Source of the DNA: Bacteroidota bacterium
Lineage (GTDB): Bacteria > Bacteroidota > Bacteroidia > Cytophagales > Cyclobacteriaceae
Assembly: GCA_039030555.1 (NCBI GenBank)
Contig: JBCCDY010000001.1
Span: forward strand, 253,141-317,140
DNA: 64,000 bases
Direction of reading: 5' to 3'
In this document: positions 1 through 10,293 of the stretch, piece after piece
Numbering within the stretch: the stretch's first letter is position 1
Layout of the letters: every line of letters begins with the position of its first letter
The notes under the pieces: generated by a model
Seen by the model: the letters and a program-made list of their open reading frames with translations, nothing else
The model's database searches: none
What the model was told of the DNA's origin: nothing
Translations under genes and position numbers: made by a program

Positions 1-610
1 CAGATTCTACCCACCAAAATGCCTCCAAAGGACGTAATACAAATTGATCTTCTTCTTCAGTATTTTGAGATTTTATATGGTGAAATACCTCATAAAGTGT
101 TTGAATACTTTTTAAAAACAATTCAGACTCTGGTGAAGATTGGCCTTCAATACTCAATATATTCATCTTCGGAGTCTCCAAAATAGTAGGAGTTTCATGA
201 GCCACATAGTAGCTTTCATCTATTTCAGAAATAACTGCCTCTGGTGAAACAAAATGATCCATAAACCGAATTTCTTCTGTGGTATTCATAAAAGGAATAA
301 ATCTGACGTCGTTCTCTACCTTAGTGGCGGCATTTGTTGCATAGTCTAAAGATTTCCATTCTACGAGGTCTAAAACCAAGCGATCTTCTTTTACAGACGA
401 AAGCGATTTCCAGCTCACAAAACCAGGGTATTCGCTGATAAGCTTTCGGACAGAAGTCTTTATGTTTTCGAAGTTTTCAACAGATTCTGTTTTGATCTTG
501 TAAAGAACAACCTCTAAAACCGTTTGGGATGTTTTGTCCAAATTTTTCCCCTGAGCTGATAAAGTTTGTGTTTCCATAAGAATTAAAATAAGTGTGATTA
601 ATTGTTTCAT
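1..610 (-). CDS. hypothetical exported protein (N-terminus complete, C-terminus runs off the window)
   Basis: Reverse-strand ATG at 608-610. Manual translation begins MKQLITLILILMETQTLSAQ (signal-peptide-like) and stays open to coordinate 1. Absent from the ORF track only because no stop falls inside the window. Confidence 0.35.
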   Translation of the reverse strand, partial: MKQLITLILILMETQTLSAQGKNLDKTSQTVLEVVLYKIKTESVENFENIKTSVRKLISEYPGFVSWKSLSSVKEDRLVLDLVEWKSLDYATNAATKVENDVRFIPFMNTTEEIRFMDHFVSPEAVISEIDESYYVAHETPTILETPKMNILSIEGQSSPESELFLKSIQTLYEVFHHIKSQNTEEEDQFVLRPLEAFWWVES

Positions 611-662
611 CTTTTTATGACAAAAGAAAAATCACCTTATGACAACCCTATGTCAGTAGTGT

Positions 663-1622
663 TTACGAATCCGTTAAATAGTGTTTAGCCAGCTCTTTTG
701 ATAAGGAAATTGTTTTGTCTCTTAATTCTTCTGGCAAAACAATTTTAACATCCGCCCCAAACATTAAAAGCCACCTTGCAAAATATTCAAGGTTGGGAAC
801 TGAAAACCTCATTTCCACATAATCCTCACCTTCCAATTCATCAATAAAACCACTGTAATATTTATGATCTCCTACATGTCTGTAAGCTTCTTTCGTGAAC
901 CTTACTATAGCCGGCTTGACGTCATTTCCCATCATCCATTCGTCGAGATAAGTCTTATATGATGGATGAACTTCAGGATCAAAATACTCAGAATGTGTTT
1001 TGAGTTTAGCGATCCGATCTGTTCTAAAATCTCTTATTCCTTCTCTTAGTCGACAGTACGCAATCAAGTGCCAGTTCCTGCTGTAATAGACAAGTCCTAA
1101 TGGCTCCGCCGACCTTGAAGTATGATTACCGCTATAGTTAGAAAAGTATTCAAACTCTATCACTTTTCGCTCCGCTAAGGCTTCCTGGATATCTTTTAAA
1201 AAATGGTTTTGAAAATTACCTCTAACTTCAGAAGGGAGCGAAAGAACTTTAATTTGATCCTCTAAAGATTCTAAGTAATCTTTTTCTGAATCTTTAAGTA
1301 CCGCTTTTAATTTTAACAAGGCACTCTGAAAATTTTCAAGAATAGAATGGTCTGTTTTCTTTTCGACCAGTTTTGAAGCTAGCATAATTGCCCCTGCTTC
1401 CTCTCTGGTGAACATAATTGGAGGTAAGTAGTACTCCTTCGGTAAAAAGTAGCCAATTCCCGCTTCGGCCCCAATCGGAACACCAGCCTCTTCCAGAGAT
1501 CGAATATCTCTATAAACTGTTCTTAGTGAAATCTCATAACGATCTGCAATCTCCTGGGCTTTAACCACTCGTTTAGATTGCAGTATTAAGAGGATTGAAG
1601 TAAGCCGATCAAGGCGGTTCAA
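663..1622 (-). CDS. YafY-family transcriptional regulator (DeoR-type N-terminal HTH + WYL domain)
   Basis: 319 aa. N-terminal RLDRLTSILLILQSKRVVKAQEIADRYEISLRTVYRDIRSLEEAGVPI is a classic YafY/DeoR HTH. The central and C-terminal region resembles the WYL ligand-binding domain. Confidence 0.7.
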   Translation of the reverse strand: MNRLDRLTSILLILQSKRVVKAQEIADRYEISLRTVYRDIRSLEEAGVPIGAEAGIGYFLPKEYYLPPIMFTREEAGAIMLASKLVEKKTDHSILENFQSALLKLKAVLKDSEKDYLESLEDQIKVLSLPSEVRGNFQNHFLKDIQEALAERKVIEFEYFSNYSGNHTSRSAEPLGLVYYSRNWHLIAYCRLREGIRDFRTDRIAKLKTHSEYFDPEVHPSYKTYLDEWMMGNDVKPAIVRFTKEAYRHVGDHKYYSGFIDELEGEDYVEMRFSVPNLEYFARWLLMFGADVKIVLPEELRDKTISLSKELAKHYLTDS

Positions 1623-1625
1623 AGC

Positions 1626-2516
1626 TTAAGGATTTTCTATAATAAACTTTTCAATTCTTTCGGATATCTCCTCGCCCGCATCTTCTTGTAAAAAATGTCC
1701 CGCTTTTCGGATCATTTCCTTAGGCTGATTTTTTGTAGTTGGAATTAGCTCCTTGAAAAACTTAGCTGCAGGTCTCATGATCGGATCTTTATCGGAAAAT
1801 AGTACTAAAGCTGGCTTAGTCCAGGTAGAAAGTGTTTTACGAGCTTGCTTGAGGCGTTCCACTCCGTCATCTGTGGGTTTAAGGGGCACAAGTTTTGGAA
1901 AAGCACGAGTTCCGGCCTTATATTTTGAAGAAGGAAAAGGAGCATTATAAGCCCTTAAAACTTCATCGGTAAAAGAATCTTTTCTGTAAGATCCCATTTT
2001 GACGACTTTCCCAATCGGAAAGGTAGGATGATAACGGGCATATAATTTCCAAAGCTTAAAAACAAAGGGCATTTTCTCTTCCCCTACCGGTAAAGCCGTG
2101 TTCATGATCACTACACGTTTAAACCAGTCTGGATATTCTCCCAATGCTCCCAGGCCTAAAAATCCTCCCCAATCCTGAACAACTAAAGTTATATCCTTCA
2201 GTTTAAGTTGTTCTATAAACTTGATCAACACTCCAAAATGAAGTTCATAGGTATAATCCTTTACTTTTGAAGGTTTATCCGATCGTCCGAAACCTGGGAA
2301 ATCCAGGCAAATAAATCTGTAGTTTTTAGATAGCGTTGGAATGAACTTTCTATACAGATAGCTCCACGTTGGCTCTCCATGTAGCGCCAAAATTACCTCA
2401 CCTTCCCCCTCATCTACGTAATGAATTCTCATATCGTCTATCACAACGTATTTCGGTTCGTATGGAAAGTCTAAAAGATTTTCAAACCGTTCTTCAGGTG
2501 TCCTAAGTATCTTCAT
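1626..2516 (-). CDS. alpha/beta-hydrolase, haloalkane dehalogenase-like
   Basis: 296 aa. HGEPTWSYLYRKFIP and VVQDWGG (nucleophile elbow) resemble DhaA/DhmA-type haloalkane dehalogenases. The 4-nt gap to the upstream regulator and the 1-nt overlap with the nitrilase suggest one operon. Confidence 0.65.
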   Translation of the reverse strand: MKILRTPEERFENLLDFPYEPKYVVIDDMRIHYVDEGEGEVILALHGEPTWSYLYRKFIPTLSKNYRFICLDFPGFGRSDKPSKVKDYTYELHFGVLIKFIEQLKLKDITLVVQDWGGFLGLGALGEYPDWFKRVVIMNTALPVGEEKMPFVFKLWKLYARYHPTFPIGKVVKMGSYRKDSFTDEVLRAYNAPFPSSKYKAGTRAFPKLVPLKPTDDGVERLKQARKTLSTWTKPALVLFSDKDPIMRPAAKFFKELIPTTKNQPKEMIRKAGHFLQEDAGEEISERIEKFIIENP

Positions 2517-3451
2517 TATGCCAGTCTTTTTTTATTAACGTCCAGTTGAAAAACGTCCGCTCTTTGATAATGTCCCGTCGTATCTAAAGTCATTCTCTCT
2601 TTAAATACATCATCTGTATCTTCAATTTCATAAGTGATGATACCCATTTTTTCAAATTGAGGTTCAAGAAGGTATTTTCCATTAGGTGCAATGATGCAGC
2701 TGCCGCCCTTTAGTATCATTTCTTCAGGTTTGTTTTTCAGGCTTTCAACCAACTCCAGTTCTTGAGGTAAATCTTTAACCTGAAGAATTAGTCCTACGGC
2801 GATAACATAACATCTTCCTTCAAATGCATAATGCCTGCTGCATACCTGGTGCATTTCATGAACCGTTGGCCAAACAGCGACGTGAATATGTTCCCCGGAG
2901 TTGTGCATGGTCTGACGTGCCAGAGGCATCCAATGTTCCCAACAAATCAATCCTGAAAGCTTGCCAAAGGAAGTCTCAACAGATTTGAGGCCCGCACCAT
3001 CGCCTGTGCCATAAAGTAGCTTTTCAGTATACGTAGGCATTAATTTTCTATGGTGGTTTAGTATTTCACCATCTGGCCCAAAAGTCAATAATGAATTAAA
3101 AACCGTTCCGTTTGCAGGTCCCTCATCTACCCTTTCGTTAACTCCGATAACTAACGTTAATCCATGCTCTTTAGCTTTTTTAGCTATCGCATTGGTTTCC
3201 TTTCCGGGAACAGTAATGGAGCTTTTATGAAATTTTGAAAAAACTTCTTTGGAAGGCTCGTGATCCCATCTGGCATAATCGACACAGTAGTCGAGCCAGG
3301 CTGGATAGCCAGAAAACCAAGACTCCCCAAAGACGGCAAGCTCAGCTTTTTGTTTACCACATTCATCAAGTAAATGGAGGACTTTCTCCAGTGTTTTGGG
3401 GGCATTCAGAAAAACGGCTTTTTCCTGAACAATCGCTACTCTTACACTCAT
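2516..3451 (-). CDS. carbon-nitrogen hydrolase (nitrilase family)
   Basis: 311 aa. Shows the CN-hydrolase pattern with E in AVFGESWFSGYP and the catalytic Cys in GLICWEHWMP. Confidence 0.7.
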   Translation of the reverse strand: MSVRVAIVQEKAVFLNAPKTLEKVLHLLDECGKQKAELAVFGESWFSGYPAWLDYCVDYARWDHEPSKEVFSKFHKSSITVPGKETNAIAKKAKEHGLTLVIGVNERVDEGPANGTVFNSLLTFGPDGEILNHHRKLMPTYTEKLLYGTGDGAGLKSVETSFGKLSGLICWEHWMPLARQTMHNSGEHIHVAVWPTVHEMHQVCSRHYAFEGRCYVIAVGLILQVKDLPQELELVESLKNKPEEMILKGGSCIIAPNGKYLLEPQFEKMGIITYEIEDTDDVFKERMTLDTTGHYQRADVFQLDVNKKRLA

Positions 3452-3487
3452 TGTACTGGTTTCTCAATGAGTGTAAGATAGCATTTT

Positions 3488-4336
3488 TTAAATCTGTTTT
3501 AGAACAAAGGTTATGGGAAGGATCATTTGCGTTCGAACCGCTTTTCCCCTCTGCTTGCCAGGGCTCCAGGCTAAAGGCGCATCTTCAACAGCTCTTACAG
3601 CTTCTTGATCACAAAGGGTATCAATTCCTTTCACAACTTTAACATCACTTAGCTTACCATTTTTTTCAATCACGAACTGAACAAAGACTTTTCCCTGAAT
3701 TCCTGCTCTTCTTGCCACAGGAGGATACACTATATTTTCATATATATGCTTATAAAAAGCCTCGAAACCTCCTGCTGGTACAGGTTGCTCTTCTACAACT
3801 AAGAAAATTTCATCTACTTTTTCTTCTTCCTCTTCAAAAACAGGGTATTCAATATCAACTACTTCTGAGGTCTCCGTAACCTCCAGGTCAAAATCAGTTT
3901 TAAAATCCTCTTGGATCTCTTCTTCATCCGGAACTTCCACAATTTGGGCGAATTTTATCACTTTTTGTGGAGGAGGTGGCGGAGGCTGCTCTGTATTCGG
4001 AATATCAATGATCTGCTCCATCTCTACAGAACCATCACTCAACTGAACAAGAGATTGATCGTTCACAAAATTCCATTCAAACGCCATTAATAAAAAGGCG
4101 AAGGTTAGAAATAAACCGATGCTAAAATAGAGAGACCCTCTATCCTGATTCCTGTGATCTCTGATCTTTTTCTCTTTGATCAGATAATCCACAAGATCGT
4201 GCTGACCTTCTTTCATGCCATTGGCATAATAGGTCTTATTGTCGTGAAGTTTGTCGTAAAGATTTCGATTGTTCTTCTTAAGACTTTTATCGAGTAAGAT
4301 CTTTACAGTCGGGTTGTCGAAATAATTGGGTACCAT
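3488..4336 (-). CDS. tonB: energy transducer TonB
   Basis: One N-terminal TM segment, the proline-rich spacer PPPPPPQKV, and a C-terminal TonB domain (YPPVARRAGIQGKVFVQFVIEKNGKLSDVKVV). Confidence 0.7.
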   Translation of the reverse strand: MVPNYFDNPTVKILLDKSLKKNNRNLYDKLHDNKTYYANGMKEGQHDLVDYLIKEKKIRDHRNQDRGSLYFSIGLFLTFAFLLMAFEWNFVNDQSLVQLSDGSVEMEQIIDIPNTEQPPPPPPQKVIKFAQIVEVPDEEEIQEDFKTDFDLEVTETSEVVDIEYPVFEEEEEKVDEIFLVVEEQPVPAGGFEAFYKHIYENIVYPPVARRAGIQGKVFVQFVIEKNGKLSDVKVVKGIDTLCDQEAVRAVEDAPLAWSPGKQRGKAVRTQMILPITFVLKQI

Positions 4337-4507
4337 GACTTTTTCATTTTCTGGAGGAGAAAGATAGGTTTAGACTCTATGCAAACGAATGAGGTCAATC
4401 AGTTTCAATTGTGATTATTATCAAGCAGACGACATATTCGATTTCAAAAGCAGAATCCCCAACAATGGCTTAAGAATTGAGTAGTATTAAATAGTAACTC
4501 AAAACAG

Positions 4508-4894
4508 ATGAAAAACGAACTCAATAAATTAACTCCTGAAGAAGAACGTATAATCCTTCACAAAGGGACTGAGTATCCGAATACAGGAAAATACAATAAT
4601 CATTACGAGCCGAACGGGACTTATGTATGTAGGCAATGCGATGCTCCATTATATTACTCAGAGCATAAGTTTCAGTCCAGTTGCGGATGGCCAAGCTTTG
4701 ATGATGAAATACCTGGTGCTATCAAAAGAGAAACTGATGCGGATGGAAGAAGAACAGAAATTCTTTGTTCCAACTGTGGTGGACACCTAGGGCACGTATT
4801 CAGAGGAGAATATTTAACTCCTAAGAATATGCGTCATTGCGTTAATTCGATTTCCATGAAGTTTATATCAGAAAAACTAGAAGCTAAGAAGTAA
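4508..4894 (+). CDS. msrB: peptide-methionine (R)-S-oxide reductase MsrB
   Basis: 128 aa. Two CxxC zinc motifs (CRQCDAPL and [12 protein letters not shown]) and the catalytic RHCVNS region. Confidence 0.85.
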   Translation: MKNELNKLTPEEERIILHKGTEYPNTGKYNNHYEPNGTYVCRQCDAPLYYSEHKFQSSCGWPSFDDEIPGAIKRETDADGRRTEILCSNCGGHLGHVFRGEYLTPKNMRHCVNSISMKFISEKLEAKK

Positions 4895-5031
4895 TACCTA
4901 AATGTATCGCGATTCATTTAAGCGAATCGCAATAAAGGCCATAGAAGTTAAGTTAACTGCTTTATACCCTTATTACTCGGTCTGCAACTTTGCAGGCCAT
5001 TTATCAAATTTTTCGAAAGTCTTATAACGCC

Positions 5032-6195
5032 TTAGACTGTTTCGGCAATCCTAACTTTTTCTAAAGCTGCTTTCAGATCCCCAATAATATCTTCAGGATT
5101 TTCAATTCCTACCGAAAGCCTCAGTTGAAACTCATTAATACCAGAAGCATAGCAATCTTCTTTAGGCATTTTAATATGTGATGTTTGCATTGGAGAACAA
5201 ATGGTTGTCTCCACGCCTCCAAGGCTTACCGCTGCCTCAATCATTTCCAGGCTATCTAAAAATTTATCCACGTCACTTTCATCATCAGCATTTAATTCAA
5301 AGGCTAACATTCCTCCAAAGCCCGACATTTGTTCTTTGGCTAATTCATGTTGTGGGTGACTAGACAAGCCTGGATAAAACACTCTTCTCACTGCAGGATG
5401 AGACTCCAAAGACTCAGCAACTTCCATAGCATTAGAAGATTGCTTATTAACTCTAATGGCTAATGTTTTAAGGCTTCTTTCTGCCAGGTAAAGATCTTGT
5501 GCATTTAAACTACCTCCATAATTTATAGCTGATTTATAGATGGTATCTGCCAAGCTCTGGTTACAGGCAACAGCTCCAAAACAAAGATCACTATGCCCTC
5601 CCATATACTTAGTACCACTATGCAAAACGATATCAAAGCCTAGGTTTACCGGATTTTGATTTATTGGTGTGGCAAACGTATTATCAATAAAGGTTAATAG
5701 GTTATGCTTTTCAGCAAGATTTGAAATTCCTTTTAGGTCAATAAGTCGCAAAAGAGGATTACTCGGCGATTCGACGTAGATAAGCTTTGAGTTATCTTTT
5801 ATTGCATTGGAAAATTGATCAATGCTCTCACCTTCTACAAATGTGTATTCAATTCCAGCCTTAGGAAATTCTTTTACAATAAAGTTGTAAGTCCCACCGT
5901 ACAGATCTTTTGAAAAAATAGCATGATCTCCATTTTTCAAAAAGGAGAGTAGAGAAGTAGATATGGCAGCCATTCCTGAGCTAAATACAAGTGCAGCCTC
6001 TGCATTTTCCAACTTCGCTATTTTCTGCGATATAACCTTATTATTTAGTGTATTAAAATAACGGGGATACTGGGTTTCCTTAGCCCCACGGTATTTGTAG
6101 GCGGAATCTGCATAAATTGGCGTATTTACTCCCAAATATTCATTATCGATATCTTTGGCATGAATACACGCCGTTTCCTTATGTAGCTTTTTCAT
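5032..6195 (-). CDS. PLP-dependent trans-sulfuration enzyme (cystathionine gamma-synthase / beta-lyase / Met gamma-lyase family)
   Basis: 387 aa. Cys/Met-metabolism PLP fold with the lysine motif HSGTKYMGGHSDL. Confidence 0.75.
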   Translation of the reverse strand: MKKLHKETACIHAKDIDNEYLGVNTPIYADSAYKYRGAKETQYPRYFNTLNNKVISQKIAKLENAEAALVFSSGMAAISTSLLSFLKNGDHAIFSKDLYGGTYNFIVKEFPKAGIEYTFVEGESIDQFSNAIKDNSKLIYVESPSNPLLRLIDLKGISNLAEKHNLLTFIDNTFATPINQNPVNLGFDIVLHSGTKYMGGHSDLCFGAVACNQSLADTIYKSAINYGGSLNAQDLYLAERSLKTLAIRVNKQSSNAMEVAESLESHPAVRRVFYPGLSSHPQHELAKEQMSGFGGMLAFELNADDESDVDKFLDSLEMIEAAVSLGGVETTICSPMQTSHIKMPKEDCYASGINEFQLRLSVGIENPEDIIGDLKAALEKVRIAETV

Positions 6196-6219
6196 GTGTA
6201 ATGTGTAATCTTTCTTTGA

Positions 6220-6957
6220 CTAAAAATCAGTGAAGTCCAACTCTACGACCTCCCAACTGGCTGGGTAAACTTCCAAGATATGACCAGGCCCGCAACCATC
6301 AGGCCATTTCTCGGGGTTAGAGCAGGTTGTTAACTCTATTTTTATCGTGTTATCTGTTTTGGCTATAATTTTCCCACTTAAAACTATAATCTTTTCTTTA
6401 GAGAATACCCCTTTTTTTTCCTGATAAATGTATCCTTCAACAGTTTTTCCGACTTCATAGTTCTGAGATACCTCCTCCCATTCATTTTCATCAATTAAAG
6501 GTAGTTTTTCCTCAAATGTGAGTTCCCTTGAATTGGCTCTTATTCGATCTGGGTTTTCCCTGTAGTCCTTATAAAAAGCTATCAACTTATCTTCTTCCAA
6601 AGGGATTCCATTAAGTTTTCTATGGTATAAAGCCAAAAGAATAGATGACATATCGGCAGCATATTTAATTCCTTCAGCTCTAAAAAATTTAGATAGTTTT
6701 CCTTTTTTCTCATAGAGGTTCCAGTTGTTCCTCATCCACAAGCCAAAACCATAATGCATCTGCGATACCGCAATACCTTCTGGTTTTCTTTTGAAATTTG
6801 CTTGGGTGGAGTCATCGAGAATAACATCTATATGTTTTAGGGCTTGATCAATATTCTCAGGTTGAAACTTTAGGTGCTCCCTCGTTAGCTCCTGAGCCTG
6901 ACCCAAGAAACCTGTAAGCAGCATTAAACTAAAGAAAGCCCAAACAATGATTCTCAT
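6220..6957 (-). CDS. hypothetical exported protein
   Basis: 245 aa with an N-terminal signal peptide (MRIIVWAFFSLMLLTGFLGQAQE). Ends 25 nt upstream of the trans-sulfuration gene start, so co-transcription is likely. Confidence 0.4.
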   Translation of the reverse strand: MRIIVWAFFSLMLLTGFLGQAQELTREHLKFQPENIDQALKHIDVILDDSTQANFKRKPEGIAVSQMHYGFGLWMRNNWNLYEKKGKLSKFFRAEGIKYAADMSSILLALYHRKLNGIPLEEDKLIAFYKDYRENPDRIRANSRELTFEEKLPLIDENEWEEVSQNYEVGKTVEGYIYQEKKGVFSKEKIIVLSGKIIAKTDNTIKIELTTCSNPEKWPDGCGPGHILEVYPASWEVVELDFTDF

Positions 6958-7193
6958 AGATCTGAAATATATTCAATAATTGAACAAAATTTAGTAGCCT
7001 TCCCGTTCGTTAACTCTAAAATTAATATCAGTCCATCGAAATGATGTTTACAGGGCTCCTCCGGTACAAACATCCAATGGAATCAGGGTATTCTACCTTT
7101 CTAAAGTAGTCAAAATTACTATCTTCGTACCGCTCTGTGAAAAAAGCCTCAGCAGCTCAAACATGGTACAGAGAATCAGTTAAACTCAAAGTT

Positions 7194-8420
7194 ATGTCAA
7201 AGATTAAAGTAGAACATCCAATTGTTGAGTTGGATGGCGATGAAATGACTCGAATTATATGGTCATTTATTAAAGAAAAATTGATTTTTCCTTATCTGGA
7301 TATAGATGTAAAATACTTCGACCTTGGTATGGAAAAGCGGGATGAAACCAATGATCAGATCACTATTGATGCGGCAGAAGCCATAAAAAAATACAATGTC
7401 GGTATAAAATGTGCTACCATTACTCCTGATGAAGCTCGTGTAGAAGAATTCAAGCTGAAAAAGATGTACCGCTCTCCTAATGGTACGATCAGAAATATTT
7501 TAGGGGGAACTGTTTTCAGGGAGCCTATTTTAATGAGTAACATCCCGAGATTAGTTCCCGGATGGAAAAAGCCCATTGTAATTGGAAGGCATGCTTTCGG
7601 TGATCAATATAAAGCCACGGATGCTATAATTAAAGGTAAAGGTAAACTCACCATGACTTTCACTCCTGAAGGCGGAGGAAAGGCAACTACATGGAATGTT
7701 TATGATTTTGAAGGCGATGGTGTCGCCATGAGCATGTATAATACAGATGAATCAATCTATGGATTCGCACGCTCTTGCTTTAACATGGCTTTGAGTAAAG
7801 GTTATCCTTTGTATATGTCTACAAAAAACACCATTCTAAAAAAATACGACGGCCGGTTCAAAGATATTTTTGAAGAAGTTTATCAAAATGAATTTAAAAG
7901 CGAAATGGACGAAAAAGGATTAACCTATGAACATAGGCTGATCGATGATATGGTTGCCTCTGCTATGAAATGGGAAGGTGGATATGTTTGGGCTTGTAAG
8001 AATTACGATGGTGACGTCCAGTCCGATACTGCCGCACAAGGTTTTGGTTCTCTCGGACTCATGACCTCGGTGCTTATCACTCCTGATGGGAAAACCATGG
8101 AAGCAGAAGCAGCACATGGAACAGTTACACGGCACTTCCGTCAGCACCAGCAAGGAAAGCCAACTTCTACCAATCCGATAGCCTCTATTTTTGCATGGAC
8201 CAGAGGCCTTGCATTTAGAGGAAAGCTAGACGATAATCAAGAATTGATAAATTTCGCACAGTCATTAGAAGATGTTTGTATTGAGACCGTGGAGTCGGGA
8301 AAAATGACCAAAGATCTTGCGTTGTGTATTCATGGAAAAGATCTAAATGAAAATCATTATCTTAATACACAAGATTTTCTAAGTGCAATCGACGAAGGGT
8401 TAAAGGCCAAATTGGCTTAA
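7194..8420 (+). CDS. icd: NADP-dependent isocitrate dehydrogenase (monomeric-dimeric eukaryote-like type)
   Basis: The track ORF starts at 7137, but homology begins at [23 protein letters not shown] (ATG 7194). The sequence is IDH1-like throughout. Confidence 0.85.
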   Translation: MSKIKVEHPIVELDGDEMTRIIWSFIKEKLIFPYLDIDVKYFDLGMEKRDETNDQITIDAAEAIKKYNVGIKCATITPDEARVEEFKLKKMYRSPNGTIRNILGGTVFREPILMSNIPRLVPGWKKPIVIGRHAFGDQYKATDAIIKGKGKLTMTFTPEGGGKATTWNVYDFEGDGVAMSMYNTDESIYGFARSCFNMALSKGYPLYMSTKNTILKKYDGRFKDIFEEVYQNEFKSEMDEKGLTYEHRLIDDMVASAMKWEGGYVWACKNYDGDVQSDTAAQGFGSLGLMTSVLITPDGKTMEAEAAHGTVTRHFRQHQQGKPTSTNPIASIFAWTRGLAFRGKLDDNQELINFAQSLEDVCIETVESGKMTKDLALCIHGKDLNENHYLNTQDFLSAIDEGLKAKLA

Positions 8421-8436
8421 CTATTATAAAACCAAT

Positions 8437-8480
8437 CTTGAAAAGAGCTGTTCTATTATAAAGAGCAGCTTTTTTTGTTT
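8437..8480 (+). terminator. putative intrinsic terminator after icd
   Basis: Imperfect stem AAAGAGCTGTTCT...AGAGCAGCTTT followed by a T7 run. Confidence 0.45.
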
Positions 8481-8490
8481 AAAGAAGATT

Positions 8491-9120
8491 ATGGAGAAAT
8501 ACATCCCCATGTTTCCGCTTCAAATAGTGGTCTTTCCTGGCGAAACAGTTCGTCTTCACCTTTTTGAGGAAAGGTACAAGCAGTTGCTTGAAGATTGTCT
8601 GAGAAACCAGATCACCTTTGGAATTCCTACTTATTACGGAGGTCCTTTGAAGGAAGGAACAGAGGTAGAGCTTGAAAAAGTTTTTAAAACCTATCCTGAT
8701 GGAGCAGCAGACATTAGCGTTAAAGGATTACAATCATTTGAATTGATATCCTTCGATAACCCTATGGAAAATAAGCTCTACGCTGGCGGGGAAATCACTT
8801 CATTCAAAAATATTGATGATGATAATTTAGTGCTTAAAGAGCAACTAGTAGAATTAGCGGAAGAAATGCTTAAGATGATCGGTATGAAAGATCAGGTGAT
8901 CATCAGTGAAAACCTAAAGAGCTTTGAAATAGGCCATAAGATAGGCCTGAAGTTGGAAGAAGAAGTAGCTTTGTTAAGACTTCGCCGTGAAAGTGAGCGG
9001 AAGAAATACATCATGGATCACCTCAAAAAAACCATTCCTGTTCTTAGGCAAATGGAGGATGCCCGAACCAAAATACAAGCCAATGGGCATTTTCGTAATT
9101 TCGACCCCCTCGACTTCTAG
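8491..9120 (+). CDS. LON N-terminal substrate-binding domain protein (stand-alone)
   Basis: 209 aa. FPLQIVVFPGETVRLHLFEERYKQLL is a typical Lon N-terminal domain. There is no AAA+ or protease domain. Confidence 0.65.
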   Translation: MEKYIPMFPLQIVVFPGETVRLHLFEERYKQLLEDCLRNQITFGIPTYYGGPLKEGTEVELEKVFKTYPDGAADISVKGLQSFELISFDNPMENKLYAGGEITSFKNIDDDNLVLKEQLVELAEEMLKMIGMKDQVIISENLKSFEIGHKIGLKLEEEVALLRLRRESERKKYIMDHLKKTIPVLRQMEDARTKIQANGHFRNFDPLDF

Positions 9121-9192
9121 TTTTACTTCCTATATTCACATATCAATCGAGCAGATCGATACAAACTGATTAACGAGATCGAGTAAGGTAAT

Positions 9193-9669
9193 ATGCTAGA
9201 GTCAAATTTTTCTGAATACTCAAGTGTCTTTTTATATTTCATAGTTGGTCTGGTTTTCGTTTCCGGAGGCCTGTTTACGAGTTGGATTATTCGACCAAAT
9301 CGACCTAATGAAGAGAAGCTGACAACTTACGAATGCGGTGAAGACCCCATTGGTTCTCCCTGGGGAAGATTTAATGTGCGTTTTTACATTGTAGCCATAC
9401 TATTTTTACTATTCGAGGTTGAATTGGTGTTTCTATTTCCGTGGGCTATCGTTTTCGGAAATGAAGAACTTATCCGGCAATCAGATGGGCTATGGGCTTA
9501 CCTTACTCTATCTGAAATGTTTATTTTTATTGGAGTTCTAGCATTGGGTTTAGCTTTCGCCTGGGTAAAAGGATATCTCGATTGGGAAAAACCGATCCCG
9601 GAAACGCCTTCCGTTCAAACTAATGTACCGGATAACCTATACCAGAGGGTAAATGAAAAGTGGAGTTAA
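9193..9669 (+). CDS. nuoA: NADH-quinone oxidoreductase subunit A
   Basis: YECGEDPIGSPW plus 3 TM helices. Confidence 0.85.
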   Translation: MLESNFSEYSSVFLYFIVGLVFVSGGLFTSWIIRPNRPNEEKLTTYECGEDPIGSPWGRFNVRFYIVAILFLLFEVELVFLFPWAIVFGNEELIRQSDGLWAYLTLSEMFIFIGVLALGLAFAWVKGYLDWEKPIPETPSVQTNVPDNLYQRVNEKWS

Positions 9670-9762
9670 GCCCATGCGATGGGATCGAAACCAATGGACA
9701 CATTGGTGGTGCTTGAAAGCTTCTCAATATCAGAAAGTTATACTTTTCAATGTATGTGAGTT

Positions 9763-10293
9763 ATGGGACTGCTAGATCAGAAATTCGGACAAGGTGGAAT
9801 AATAGTTACAAAAGTTGATGATGTAATCAATTGGGCGAGGTTATCGTCTATGTGGCCGATGGGTTTCGGTTTAGCTTGCTGCGCAATTGAAATGATGTCA
9901 ACCTATGCTTCGGGCTATGATCTCGATCGCTTTGGTGTGATCCCAAGAGCATCCCCCAGGCAATCCGATGTGATGATCGTAGCTGGTACAGTTACCTTCA
10001 AAATGGCTGATCGGGTAAGGAGACTCTATGAGCAAATGCCAGAACCCAGATATGTTATTTCCATGGGCTCATGCTCAAATTGTGGGGGCCCGTATTGGGA
10101 ACACGGTTATCATGTCGTAAAAGGCGTTGATAGAATTATCCCTGTGGATGTTTATGTTCCGGGATGCCCTCCAAGACCGGAAGCGCTGATTGGAGGCTTT
10201 CTTAAGCTTCAACAGAAAATAAGGGAAGAGACTTTAATGGCTCCAACAGCTATAGAAAAATTATTGTCGAAAGAAAACGAAGAGGTTGCGTGA
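9763..10293 (+). CDS. nuoB: NADH-quinone oxidoreductase subunit B
   Basis: N2-cluster cysteines in [20 protein letters not shown] and [11 protein letters not shown]. Confidence 0.9.
   Translation: MGLLDQKFGQGGIIVTKVDDVINWARLSSMWPMGFGLACCAIEMMSTYASGYDLDRFGVIPRASPRQSDVMIVAGTVTFKMADRVRRLYEQMPEPRYVISMGSCSNCGGPYWEHGYHVVKGVDRIIPVDVYVPGCPPRPEALIGGFLKLQQKIREETLMAPTAIEKLLSKENEEVA

Noticed and set aside
1753-1950. 65-aa ORF on the + strand inside the dehalogenase gene.
   Set aside because: It is fully embedded antisense in a well-supported CDS and its translation is low-complexity with no motif. The many other 60-135-aa antisense track ORFs (such as 3184-3405, 3235-3642, 5178-5363, 7355-7576, 7920-8153, 10250-10510, 11800-11982, 12220-12414, 14773-15018, 19989-20851, 21303-21581, 23071-23495, 25549-26367, 27028-27952, 31710-32620, 33599-33784, 36234-37091, 41585-41881, 42474-43635, 44845-45057, 45315-45602, 47139-47321, 48363-49529, 51335-51628, 52227-52955, 56132-58001, 59164-60161, 61744-61941) are rejected for the same reason.
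7137-7193. N-terminal extensions of track ORFs (icd, asnS 15477-15548, rdgB 23855-23938, fadE 60841-60995, prfC 60928-60951, DUF429 29422-29457, DUF1801 30601-30645).
   Set aside because: Homology to the known families begins at internal Met codons. The extensions are probably artefacts of longest-ORF calling, and starts were trimmed accordingly.
8987-9169. 60-aa ORF overlapping the end of the Lon N-domain gene and the nuoA leader.
   Set aside because: It overlaps a supported CDS in another frame and has no motif. Probably spurious.
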